The notes under the pieces: generated by a model | Seen by the model: only the letters and a program-made list of their open reading frames with translations | What the model was told of the DNA's origin: nothing | The model's database searches: none | Shown: positions 56,101 through 64,000 of the stretch, in pieces | How positions within the stretch are numbered: position 1 is the stretch's first letter | Layout of the letters: every line of letters starts with the position of its first letter | DNA from: a virus | DNA: 64,000 bases | IMG/VR virus record: IMGVR_UViG_3300033485_000002 | Span: 96,001 to 160,000 of that record | Strand: one strand, 5' to 3' | Position numbers and translations under genes: made by a program

Positions 56101-56388
56101 AAGCTGATGATCCTGTATCGGCTGCTCCGTCGTTCAGTGTTGAATAAGGAGCTGGGTAAGCAGATGTTGGCGATTTCACCGTTTACCCGGCAACGGGTTT
56201 TCCCTGATCTCAACGCTCGTTTGTTGGCACAGTGGGCAGCGGCTCATTTTATCGTGATCGCACATGAAGGGCCAAAGGGAACTCGATTCCAGCCACCACG
56301 GCACCATCCTACTACTCGTGAGTATGCGGCTCAACGTGCAGCGGTTGGGGGCGAGCATCGGTTTGCCCGGATGCTTGGGTTCAAATAA
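53116..56388 (+). CDS. 1090-aa unknown head-region protein with LEELLEA leader (internal/ejected candidate)
   Basis: ORF track; no family recognised. Confidence 0.7.
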   Translation: MFGPYANLEELLEATKTPPTGQAAAKVIAPFAKNSKPKMNWKPFDTIEVYKKFREAYTQDEDQLRSIAKNNFVAKAILQAFLVQEFPLKVYVQGIPDGNMPEQISRQFAFALTRQTYEKVITSAISRGHLVRYFYVYLVGGLDRAAWDTIVNQVWTRCEEFIANKSSKETVAHYLKEITSDIKSKYWKEQILGVIKYRVHEASTPGGHAPTELVLTVEHEDPPFEYASGERRNALTASDYQHLMQTPIRSNQPDVRLALHKLYTAYAWDLFDEFVKREATGPEKLIGSLLKQAPLRHQYDAVVHPDRKRVAPPGEMKRDTGEHPFRGFAEGRSKVVGSIKSSEYRFDTVTADPAYRAWLQSDGSVKKPEKQPVDQRDFNTFFPVAPVAPLLENAHYKITFGIHYDNPLLSRDSRGQTYWYANRSQFLQAAYQYAVMTGDRPTIAFFITSKLGSNANEIMSENELSKHHAGPEARDIIKQKDDLVLAFWRHADQGQRAFPILIAKWFGVSPDKYVVPYNPNKDVPENIDPADWHKYRAWVQKTASTKLGLNLSSLHDMSAKDKETMLKLQQHPPGRDHIAGAMALNRTRKFTGERDEKGNPIEPWGVYLIQYALAYGMSDAAATPTFMVPINVIKSTKGTIPPHRTLTKVLRNDLEKLLRTHWPDYKVTNPRYSTGKRAPLSDWKFIAGNPALPFPYPRLVRPLPLADAEVRDKLNAKYPNNVRRTTHGFQIDGVTYDAFVMLVAMPPSVVEKEFNLLKRDGTARQLISDPTMLSRLKGAGSPREMLKRVKSKGLPDEHPENIKGEGTLKQMGLMPRSMGVQFMTNPYEKASQEVDPFKLLNMEKATPLGPEYYLSQIGERWKPKITTILTDAGNVAYRAVTGFEHEQSPEKRKEMYANWLKAVALNMEKSEDALTQLLKDVVAAVDLEHRTTGSDMARRQQLYLDYVRRETAAGGAYKEPQLIYKIKMTEFQAPIGSTGFRNIFLTIKAPSEDIAKLMILYRLLRRSVLNKELGKQMLAISPFTRQRVFPDLNARLLAQWAAAHFIVIAHEGPKGTRFQPPRHHPTTREYAAQRAAVGGEHRFARMLGFK

Positions 56389-57548
56389 TGGCTATTGTTG
56401 TTGAGCGGCATGTCTTCTTCCTACGGGCAGTAGGACAGACTATAGACACGCTGAGTTACCCTTCTCCAAAGTCACGAGGAGGACGAGAGTACGTTCGGCT
56501 CATGCTTCGGCTTGAGCATAGGCGGCTGCCTTGGCCGGGGGAAAAGCATCGTAGCCTCGTGTACTTGGACGATAGTCAACTAGGAGCGGTTCCTATTGAA
56601 CAGCTAAAAACTCCCAAAGTAGAGGTTCCCCAGTTTCGTCCTTGGCGATTAGAACTCCAGACGGCTGACACTAATCTTATGCGTAACTTCTTGCTTGGGA
56701 AAGATTTCTCCCATCCGAAGTTACTTGTAGCGGATGTCCCGAATCCTGAGTTATTGATGTCGCGTTCGGCGATGGCGCGGCATCTATTTGATGAGTTCTC
56801 TAAACGACGTAATAAGCAGTGGATATGGCTCCATACTCCACACATGCCCCATGACGTGGCTCGGGAAGTTTGGTTACCTTATGACCCAACTCACCCTGAG
56901 CAACGAGAACCTGATCGGGATCAGTGGTTACGTGAAGCTAAACATTGGCTGGCTAATGGGCCGGAACGTGTTATGGGGCCAAGGGATACTTTTGGGTTGA
57001 GCATGGCAAAAATGGTCAACAACCAGAAAGTCTATGACCCTCATACTATTATCCCCCTTGGTATCGCTTACTGTTTACGATATTACGACAAGCATGCACC
57101 ACTAGAAGCAGGAGTACCTACTGCGCCTAGAGGGGTTGCATCACGACTCCAAGATTATCTGAAACAGGCACAGCCTACAGGGAAACCAGACATATGGTAT
57201 GCCATGGGGGCGGTGTATATCCCTGATCAGGCAATAGGCCGTCAAGGGCTAGAAACTTATCGAAAAGGTCAACGAGTTCCTCTTGCTCCAGGTAAGACGT
57301 TAACCACTCGCCGTCTGTTTAAAGTCATGGGGAGAACAGTTGCAGAAGCCCGTCAGAATGCAGAAGCTTATCTGGCGAAGCTCAAGGAAAACCCAGCTAC
57401 GGAATATATTGGGTACAAGTGGGGGAACGCTTGGGAAAGGAACAAACAGGAACTCATCAATCATCAGGTGTGGGTAAGACAAAAGAAGTCACGTCCTAAA
57501 GTGAATGAAGCATTCTACCGAAGAGATTCGCTTTATAGGGTTTATTAG
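56388..57548 (+). CDS. Basic unknown protein
   Basis: TAATG coupling. Confidence 0.7.
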   Translation: MAIVVERHVFFLRAVGQTIDTLSYPSPKSRGGREYVRLMLRLEHRRLPWPGEKHRSLVYLDDSQLGAVPIEQLKTPKVEVPQFRPWRLELQTADTNLMRNFLLGKDFSHPKLLVADVPNPELLMSRSAMARHLFDEFSKRRNKQWIWLHTPHMPHDVAREVWLPYDPTHPEQREPDRDQWLREAKHWLANGPERVMGPRDTFGLSMAKMVNNQKVYDPHTIIPLGIAYCLRYYDKHAPLEAGVPTAPRGVASRLQDYLKQAQPTGKPDIWYAMGAVYIPDQAIGRQGLETYRKGQRVPLAPGKTLTTRRLFKVMGRTVAEARQNAEAYLAKLKENPATEYIGYKWGNAWERNKQELINHQVWVRQKKSRPKVNEAFYRRDSLYRVY

Positions 57549-57580
57549 GTGTGCGGGTAGGAACTTAGGAGGATTTTACC

Positions 57581-57946
57581 ATGACCCCAATTGACACTTT
57601 GTATTTTCAGTGGGTAGTGACCGAGGAAGAGAAGAAAGAGCCGAGCATCTTCGAGAGTATCGTGGAGCTGCCTGCGGTTGCCAAGGTCAATGACCTGTTA
57701 AACACTTACGCTTCGATGATCAGTGATCTCATCGAGGCGGAAGTGAATCGTCGTGCTGTGATCGATGAGTATGTCGCGAAAGCGAAGGAAGACCCCGAGC
57801 TGGAGGAGATGTCCGATAGCGAGCTGGCTGAGGGTATTCTGGCGCTGGAGGACGTGCAGGAGAACGAAGAGCTGGTGGAAGCTCAGCGCAATGCGCTGGA
57901 CATGTTCCACGAGAACCTCGTGAAGGTACTGGCTAACGAGGAGTAA
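57581..57946 (+). CDS. Highly acidic protein (scaffold/core-like)
   Basis: AGGAGG SD; Glu-rich with many L/I-x-E. Confidence 0.7.
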   Translation: MTPIDTLYFQWVVTEEEKKEPSIFESIVELPAVAKVNDLLNTYASMISDLIEAEVNRRAVIDEYVAKAKEDPELEEMSDSELAEGILALEDVQENEELVEAQRNALDMFHENLVKVLANEE

Positions 57947-57948
57947 TC

Positions 57949-58425
57949 ATGCTGGGGAAGCCATTACAACGCGCTGCTCAGATTACGAATGATGACGCTG
58001 TAGCTTTAGCTGTAGACGCGCTGTTGTATGGTTCGGATGAGGATCCTGATCGGGATACGACAGCACGCGGGTGGGATACCCACCATTATGGCGAAGGAGA
58101 TGACGCTATGAAAATGTGGTATGAGGAACTTCAGGATATCGACGCGGTTATCTCGGAGAACGTCGAGGTGAACCCAACTGCGCTTCCGACTGGTGACTTG
58201 CTGGAGCGGATTGACACGGCTGTCGAAGCACTGAATTCGTGCTATGCGCTGGCTGTGCCAGTTTGGCAGAAGCGGATGCTTCACCTGCATTATAACGAGC
58301 TGGCCGAGGTAGCTGGCGACCTTCGTGCGGGCAAGATCAACGCCGCTGAAGGGGAAGCTCGTTTCGCTACTGTGATGGCTGACGTTAGCGAGATCGTGGA
58401 CTTCTCGAATCTGTTTGGGAGTTAA
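57949..58425 (+). CDS. Acidic hypothetical protein
   Basis: GAGGAG SD. Confidence 0.7.
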   Translation: MLGKPLQRAAQITNDDAVALAVDALLYGSDEDPDRDTTARGWDTHHYGEGDDAMKMWYEELQDIDAVISENVEVNPTALPTGDLLERIDTAVEALNSCYALAVPVWQKRMLHLHYNELAEVAGDLRAGKINAAEGEARFATVMADVSEIVDFSNLFGS

Positions 58426-58428
58426 GCT

Positions 58429-58788
58429 ATGCCGACCCTCTCGTTTGACGGGTCGGTTTACTACTCGACGGCTGTAGATCGACGGGAGTTGGTTCGCATT
58501 GCGCCGTCTCTTTCAGTGACGATGCTGATGAACCGTGCTCAGTCGTCTATCGCTGTTAACAACACCCATGAAGTCAACTTCTCCGACCTTCCTGGAAATA
58601 AGGCTACGGTCATTATGCTGTCCTTGTCGAGCGGTACGATAGCTGTGAATGTTACGGATAATACCTCGCATACAGCTACGTTTAACTTGACCTCAAGCGG
58701 CATGTTGATTCTGATGAACACGCTGGTTACCAACTTGACGATTACTTGCACGGTAGCTGCGGTATATGACTTGATCGCGGGGGCCTGA
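58429..58788 (+). CDS. Small beta-rich structural protein
   Basis: GGAG SD; alternating hydrophobic pattern. Confidence 0.65.
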   Translation: MPTLSFDGSVYYSTAVDRRELVRIAPSLSVTMLMNRAQSSIAVNNTHEVNFSDLPGNKATVIMLSLSSGTIAVNVTDNTSHTATFNLTSSGMLILMNTLVTNLTITCTVAAVYDLIAGA

Positions 58789-61070
58789 TGGCAAAGTTTG
58801 GTGATAACACTACCCCCGATCTGGGTTTGTTTTTCGGGGATCAGGGAGGACCGGGTACGGCTCTCCCGCAAACTGATGCTCAGAAGATGTGCCCCTTTCT
58901 CGACCAGCAACAGGGCGCTTTCTGTTCGCTGGACGGAGCGATGTGTCCTTTTGTCGGGTTCAACTACCGCAAATGCAAGAAGTACATGAACAACCTGACA
59001 AAGGGAGTCTTTGCCAGCACTAACCCGACTGGGATAGTACCGAAGACTAAGCCCCCTCGCCTTGAAGCCCTCACCGAGGGCAAAAAAGGGGGGCGTATTC
59101 AAGCTCTCTTAGAGGCAAAAGGTGGGGCAAAAAAGCCTTCTGAAAAGAAGGCAGCCGCCCCCCCTAAGAAGAAGACGACACCTCCTAAGAAAAAGAATGG
59201 GTCTACTGTTGACACTGAAAAAGAGCTGAACGACTTCCTTAGTGGTAAGGCACAAGCTATAGAAGTAGGTTCTTCTCGTAAAGGTGGCGGAAAAAAGACT
59301 GCCCCGGCACCAGAACCGTCAGCTCCAGATAGAGGCGATCCGCTGCCGCCATTGCCGGTTCGGCAGCAACGAGCTTTACCTGTTGCGAACCAGATAGCCT
59401 TAAATGCTGTCCTTGCTTTACAGAATAAGGATGTGCAGTCAAAGGAAGCGCAGCAGACGTTTGCTGATAGTTTTGAAACTTTCGTTAACATTAAAGCGGC
59501 GATGCCTCCTCCTCCTGCGTCATGGAGTGCTCGTCAAGCAACAGTTGACAAACAACATCAAGAGTTACGTAATCTGCAAGCTCATATTGACGCCTATCTT
59601 CGTCGATCATTAGGACTTAAGATCGAAGGTGGGACTAAGACAGATTACCGTCATGTAACGGATGCAATGTTTGATGCTATGCACCAATACATTGACATGG
59701 GGGAATTCCGGGACTGGCGTACACGAGATGTAGATCTTAAGAATGCTCCTGACTCAGGTTTAGAGCGTGATTTAAGTGAACCGCGTGGAGGGAGCCAAGG
59801 GACTGAACCGGTAGGAGCATCTGCACATGCTGCTCCTGGAGTGGGGCCACATGATGCCGGGTCAGCAGAGCAATCGGCTGCGGGCGCTCCTCCACCGCCT
59901 CCTGGTAGTAAAACAGCGGCACAGCAGGTTGTGACTGATGTAGGGCACCGTATCCAAATGGACACGGATGCTGAAACATCGTCAACTGGAACAACTGGAA
60001 CATCCAAACGAACAAAGCATCCTAGCGGGTTCTCCCAAGCCGCAGGGGATACTCGTAACTATGAACAAACTGTTGGTAGGATTGAAGCAGAGTTCAACAG
60101 CTTAACCCCCGAGGAGAAACGAACTTTCTATCGCGGAGATGGTGAGCTGAATAGCCCCGAAAAACTGATAGCCAAAGCCAAGCAGCTTTGGGCGGTTAAC
60201 GATACTTCTGGTTTAGAGACTCTTACCCGAGAGCTTACAAATCGTGTAAGGGACATCAGAAAAGTTGCTCAAGCCCGAGCTGAGTTTGACCTCGCTTGGG
60301 ATAACAACATCGAGTTTCTTAAACGTAATCATCTTGTCGATGACGGAACATTGAAAATGCTCCGTACGGACCCAGCGCGAACCGGCAAAATCGCCGACAT
60401 GATGAACAGGGCGCGTAAGAAGCTCTACACGGTAGAGACCCAGAATATGTCGCTTGGGGACAAGAAGATCACCAAGCTTGTCCGCCAAGCTACGCTTCCA
60501 GTATTAGATCGTACGGACTATGAAGTGATGCGGATGTCCGAGCAGCTCGGGTTGGCTGCGATTCAGAAGCAGCATACGTACGGTCGGGATTATGGTAAGT
60601 TCAATACCTGGAATCTTTTAGTTAAGCAGGTTTTAGCCCCGATCGCGTTATTGTGGACTGGACATGCGGGGTATGTCCGCCCCCTGCTGCATATTTGGCC
60701 GCAGCAGTTCCTGGACTCGCTGTACTTCGCGTATCTCCAAAGTCCGTTACCGAAGTTGCGGGGGAGCAGTATGCCGCAGCTTTCACGGGATACGAAGTTC
60801 GAGTTGAGCCAGAAGATGTCAACTCCTAGCCAGCAAGATCGGCTCATGAAGGGGTTTTACACTGACCCACCTGGGTTAAAAGGATTCGACTCGGCAGGGG
60901 TGGTTATGCCCCCGGATACAGCTATCCTCCACAATCGCATGTATCCAACGACCAAGGAGTCTTGGCCGAAGCGTCGAAAGAATGTACTTGCACAGCGGTA
61001 TCAGGAAGTGAAGGCCCGTTTAGCCAACCCTGCGGATGATTGGCGGCGTGGGTACTTGCGGGGGCATTAA
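58788..61070 (+). CDS. 760-aa unknown head-region protein (N-terminal Cys cluster, LEALTE/ALLE sites, low-complexity linkers)
   Basis: CPFL....FC......CPF.....CKKY; TGATG coupling. Confidence 0.7.
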   Translation: MAKFGDNTTPDLGLFFGDQGGPGTALPQTDAQKMCPFLDQQQGAFCSLDGAMCPFVGFNYRKCKKYMNNLTKGVFASTNPTGIVPKTKPPRLEALTEGKKGGRIQALLEAKGGAKKPSEKKAAAPPKKKTTPPKKKNGSTVDTEKELNDFLSGKAQAIEVGSSRKGGGKKTAPAPEPSAPDRGDPLPPLPVRQQRALPVANQIALNAVLALQNKDVQSKEAQQTFADSFETFVNIKAAMPPPPASWSARQATVDKQHQELRNLQAHIDAYLRRSLGLKIEGGTKTDYRHVTDAMFDAMHQYIDMGEFRDWRTRDVDLKNAPDSGLERDLSEPRGGSQGTEPVGASAHAAPGVGPHDAGSAEQSAAGAPPPPPGSKTAAQQVVTDVGHRIQMDTDAETSSTGTTGTSKRTKHPSGFSQAAGDTRNYEQTVGRIEAEFNSLTPEEKRTFYRGDGELNSPEKLIAKAKQLWAVNDTSGLETLTRELTNRVRDIRKVAQARAEFDLAWDNNIEFLKRNHLVDDGTLKMLRTDPARTGKIADMMNRARKKLYTVETQNMSLGDKKITKLVRQATLPVLDRTDYEVMRMSEQLGLAAIQKQHTYGRDYGKFNTWNLLVKQVLAPIALLWTGHAGYVRPLLHIWPQQFLDSLYFAYLQSPLPKLRGSSMPQLSRDTKFELSQKMSTPSQQDRLMKGFYTDPPGLKGFDSAGVVMPPDTAILHNRMYPTTKESWPKRRKNVLAQRYQEVKARLANPADDWRRGYLRGH

Positions 61071-62521
61071 TGGCACGACTGGCACCACGTAAGACCGTAC
61101 CGAAGAAGCGGACGGCCCTTGAAGCAGCCCGGTTTGCTGAGTTTCAGAATCCGGACATGATGCTCCGTGGGTATTGGATGAATGAGAAGAGTCCAATTAC
61201 AGTCGAAGTGCCGATTTTCCCGCATGGTTACTACCCCAAGCTTGGGGCCACAGAACATGAGGTTCGTGCCAATATCGAGTATCGACGGGTTACAGTACCG
61301 TCTGTGTCCGAGATTCGGCAGCATGGCGTCGATGTCCAACAGGCGTTCTTTGTAGCCGAGGTTGTAGTAGATCGCCGTCATATCAAGAACCACAACTACT
61401 TTCGAGGCGATTTTCCGGCTGCTGTGAAGGCATTGGCCCGCCAGCATGGGATCTTGTTTGTCCTACCGGCAAACGATATGCCGTCTGCCCGTCTTGTCCG
61501 TAAAGAAGTGCTGAACTTTTGGCGGCAGTTGTTCACTCCGCTGTTCATCAAGGGGCACCATTACACCTCGGGGCGGATGACCATGTTCATGGCCGCTCCT
61601 TCAGGATCGTTAACCCGGTTGAAGACGGCGTTGAATTTGGAAGCGAAGGATACTCCAGAGGATAACTTGCAAGAATGGTATCCTCATGCGGGAGTTCCGC
61701 CTCTCCCCCGAAAGCGTCGTCCGCGTGGTCCTCGTCCAAAATTTACGTCTCGGGAAAATTATTTAGCTGATGAAATTGCGAGCCAAACTACTGAACGGAT
61801 GAGAGATCAACTCTTACCGGTTCTTCGGTCTAAGTTGGAGATCCCGAGTAACTCTCATGCGGCTCAAGAGTTAGAAGACTACGTCTCTGATCCGGCTACA
61901 GCACGAAGCTTGATTCGTGAAACGGGGAACGGGAAATCCCCTCAAGCCATTCAAACTTGGGTGAAGCACCGTTTGATCCCCAGGATCAAGGAAATTGTGA
62001 AAGAGGAAGGTGTTCAAGCTGCTGAGGGCGTGTTGCGCTCTAGTGTTCAGTTTGCGTTTCAAGTGACGATCGGGGTTGTGCTGAGTAACATTTTCCAGCA
62101 GATGAAAACTTCAAAATTTGGTCAAAAGAGAATGCAAAACTTCAACTACACTCCGGAAGTTAGTACCTCTTACCCGGTTGGTGGTGGAAGATTTGAACAT
62201 GCTCCTACCAAGAATGTGAACATTGAAGAGAAGTTAGTAAAAGTTGTAGCTTATGCGAGTAAATACACTCGGCAATATGGAGTTCATAATGCTAAAGATG
62301 TTCTGGACTTCCATGTTACCCCTACAAAGGTAACAATTAACTTCAACCAAGAACATTATGAATCAGCGTTGAAGCACCGTCCGAAAGCACTTGGGTCATT
62401 GGTTGACGCTGAAGAACTCAAGGCATTCGAAGGGAACCTGCCCTTGCTTCAAGCGGCTATCAATGATTCTTATCGCCAGTATAACGACTTGTTTCCTGAA
62501 TCAGATATGATGGACATTTAG
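61070..62521 (+). CDS. Unknown head-region protein
   Basis: TAATG coupling, ATG 61070. Confidence 0.7.
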   Translation: MARLAPRKTVPKKRTALEAARFAEFQNPDMMLRGYWMNEKSPITVEVPIFPHGYYPKLGATEHEVRANIEYRRVTVPSVSEIRQHGVDVQQAFFVAEVVVDRRHIKNHNYFRGDFPAAVKALARQHGILFVLPANDMPSARLVRKEVLNFWRQLFTPLFIKGHHYTSGRMTMFMAAPSGSLTRLKTALNLEAKDTPEDNLQEWYPHAGVPPLPRKRRPRGPRPKFTSRENYLADEIASQTTERMRDQLLPVLRSKLEIPSNSHAAQELEDYVSDPATARSLIRETGNGKSPQAIQTWVKHRLIPRIKEIVKEEGVQAAEGVLRSSVQFAFQVTIGVVLSNIFQQMKTSKFGQKRMQNFNYTPEVSTSYPVGGGRFEHAPTKNVNIEEKLVKVVAYASKYTRQYGVHNAKDVLDFHVTPTKVTINFNQEHYESALKHRPKALGSLVDAEELKAFEGNLPLLQAAINDSYRQYNDLFPESDMMDI

Positions 62522-62525
62522 TTTC

Positions 62526-63266
62526 ATGCACCCGGAACAAGTTGAAGCTATCAATGAAGTCGCTGAAAGGGCGGATAGGTTATCCGACCTCATAATGCGA
62601 GTTTGCCATTGTGACGAAGATACAGCCCTTAATATCGTGCATGACCTCCCGCAAGTTGTACAACGGCTACAAGCAAATGACATTCAGGGTCTACTGAAAG
62701 AGGCTGTAGAACGAGTGCCATATCGTTCTATCCCCCCGAAGCCGATGCCGATCCCTGCCCATCAGCTTTACCCAGGGCACCCGAATTTCTTGCCCCCGGT
62801 GACTACGAAATCAGCTTTCAACGCACATGTGGCTCAGGCCATGTCTCCTTACGTGAAAGCGGTTGTGGACCGGGTGGCAAAAGACCGAGAACTGGAACCG
62901 CCTGATCTTAAGACCATCGAAGCTGTACTGGAAAAGACGGATTGGGCGCGGGCAGCTTATGAAGCTAAGAAGATGCCTCCTAAGCCTCCGCCAAGCAAGT
63001 TACGCCAATTCTTCAAGAAGTATGTATTCGGCCCTTTGGACGCCGTAACAGACAAAGTACCTTTGGCCCACTTTTGGGGCTACATCGGAGCTGCTCAGAT
63101 CCTGCTGATTTTGTGGACTGCGCTAGGTGGAACCCTAGCCCGAGTTGAGCGTGCCGGAGCACCTGTTAAGGTGTACGACATGATGTCCCGTAGAAAGCAG
63201 GCTAGGCTATTCCAGAAATACGCCAAGAAGAGCGGTATGAAGTGGCCGGGGGGCGGAGTCTATTAA
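62526..63266 (+). CDS. Unknown protein with GLLKEA site and a TM segment
   Basis: FWGYIGAAQILLILWTALGG. Confidence 0.65.
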   Translation: MHPEQVEAINEVAERADRLSDLIMRVCHCDEDTALNIVHDLPQVVQRLQANDIQGLLKEAVERVPYRSIPPKPMPIPAHQLYPGHPNFLPPVTTKSAFNAHVAQAMSPYVKAVVDRVAKDRELEPPDLKTIEAVLEKTDWARAAYEAKKMPPKPPPSKLRQFFKKYVFGPLDAVTDKVPLAHFWGYIGAAQILLILWTALGGTLARVERAGAPVKVYDMMSRRKQARLFQKYAKKSGMKWPGGGVY

Positions 63267-63670
63267 TGGGTGTTCGCCGACAATGGAAAGTATTGAAACT
63301 ATCTCAGGTTGAGATGGATAGCGATACACGAGTCAAACTTATCGAAGCCATCACCCGCAAAAAGGATATTCAGGTCACTCTTTATGCATGGGACGTTGAC
63401 CCATTGCAGCAAGTAGCACGGGAAGCTTTTTTCACCGAACAAGCTGCTATCAAAGACTGGTTTCTTCAGAAACGGTTGTGGGAAGCTGATACCCCGCCTC
63501 CTGGGGTTACCCTCCGAAAATGGGCAATAGGTGTAGATGACATTATGGGAAACATTCACAACATGAAGTTGCGCAATATCCCATTGTCGTTAAACGCCGA
63601 GATCAGAGTTGGCATCATTCCTTCCTCTCTATACGAGGATCTGCAACGATCCTTGAAAAAGCAGTCGTAA
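63266..63670 (+). CDS. Hypothetical protein
   Basis: TAATG coupling. Confidence 0.6.
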   Translation: MGVRRQWKVLKLSQVEMDSDTRVKLIEAITRKKDIQVTLYAWDVDPLQQVAREAFFTEQAAIKDWFLQKRLWEADTPPPGVTLRKWAIGVDDIMGNIHNMKLRNIPLSLNAEIRVGIIPSSLYEDLQRSLKKQS

Positions 63671-63752
63671 ACTCCCTCTATCTCAACCTGTATCTCCTTA
63701 TTGACTGATTGGGAACTGATGCCCATTTCGGGCAATACCATAGGAGGTACAC

Positions 63753-64000
63753 ATGACTTATCCGAACATGGACCTGCAAAGCCTTCCGGCCACCATTGAG
63801 CTGCGGGTGGGAACGGATCAGGCTGAGCGAACCCTTCAGCTTTCGTATTACCAGATTTGGGCTGGTATTCAGGGCCTGAAGATCATCGACGACCTGGGAA
63901 CTGTTCCCGAGGTTGTCCACAACGCGGGCGACGATGCGGCGTTTGCTACGGCGCTCGATAACCTGCTGACTGACCTTGTCGCCGCGATGGTTCACTACGA
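63753..64000 (+). CDS. 3'-truncated protein running off the window (MTYPNMDLQSLPATIELRVG...)
   Basis: AGGAGG SD at 63742, ATG 63753, open to the end; absent from ORF track because no stop. Confidence 0.7.
   Translation, partial: MTYPNMDLQSLPATIELRVGTDQAERTLQLSYYQIWAGIQGLKIIDDLGTVPEVVHNAGDDAAFATALDNLLTDLVAAMVHY

Noticed and set aside
2447-62683. Numerous minus-strand and nested ORFs in the track (e.g. 2944-3777, 5226-5738, 24691-25257, 58539-59102)
   Set aside because: Fully overlap better-supported + strand genes and lack SDs or recognisable motifs
63678-63995. Minus-strand 105-aa ORF
   Set aside because: Antisense to a + strand ORF with a strong AGGAGG SD at 63742 that runs off the window
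1-64000. Stop-codon reassignment or alternative genetic code
   Set aside because: TerL, portal and fibres are full length in code 11; TAG, TGA and TAA all end genes directly before the next SD or start; no suppressor tRNA seen

Overview
This window looks like 64 kb of a large tailed dsDNA phage (T4-like or jumbo-phage gene types). Essentially all credible genes are on the + strand and use the standard code. Layout: (i) 1-1568: the C-terminus of a RAMP/Cas7-like protein, a conserved partner gene, a ~650-bp non-coding array of 5-nt-periodic units split by a G(G/A)CTGTCAC linker, then tRNA-Leu and tRNA-Lys. (ii) 1.6-10 kb: a beta-helix protein and small accessory genes (metallophosphoesterase, HExxH protein). 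(iii) 10-21 kb: very basic modular proteins punctuated by acidic L-x-E linkers (putative protease-processed head cargo), interrupted by tRNA-Gln and a MarR-containing block. (iv) 21-42 kb: virion, tail-fibre and decoration genes, a PT-linker protein with a host-like C-terminal motif, and an Acb2/Tad1-like anti-defence gene. (v) 42.6-64 kb: gp55-like sigma factor, Mor-like regulator, terminase large subunit, gp20-like portal, HU/IHF, MuF-like and gp68-like head proteins, and large unknown head-region proteins. The top observation concerns the array. If the two variable bases of each pentamer are read as codon positions 1+2 (third base skipped), unit 8 spells a tyrosine-integrase catalytic motif (T)G[MI]RP[SR][ED]ALGLG[WC], and units 1-2 spell a phage HTH motif (LARE..VSQPQISNIVLGKSWK). 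The array therefore looks like a set of gapped, wobble-skipping guide RNAs aimed at genes of other mobile elements (VIPR-like system). All family calls are from motif recognition by eye; no database search was run.
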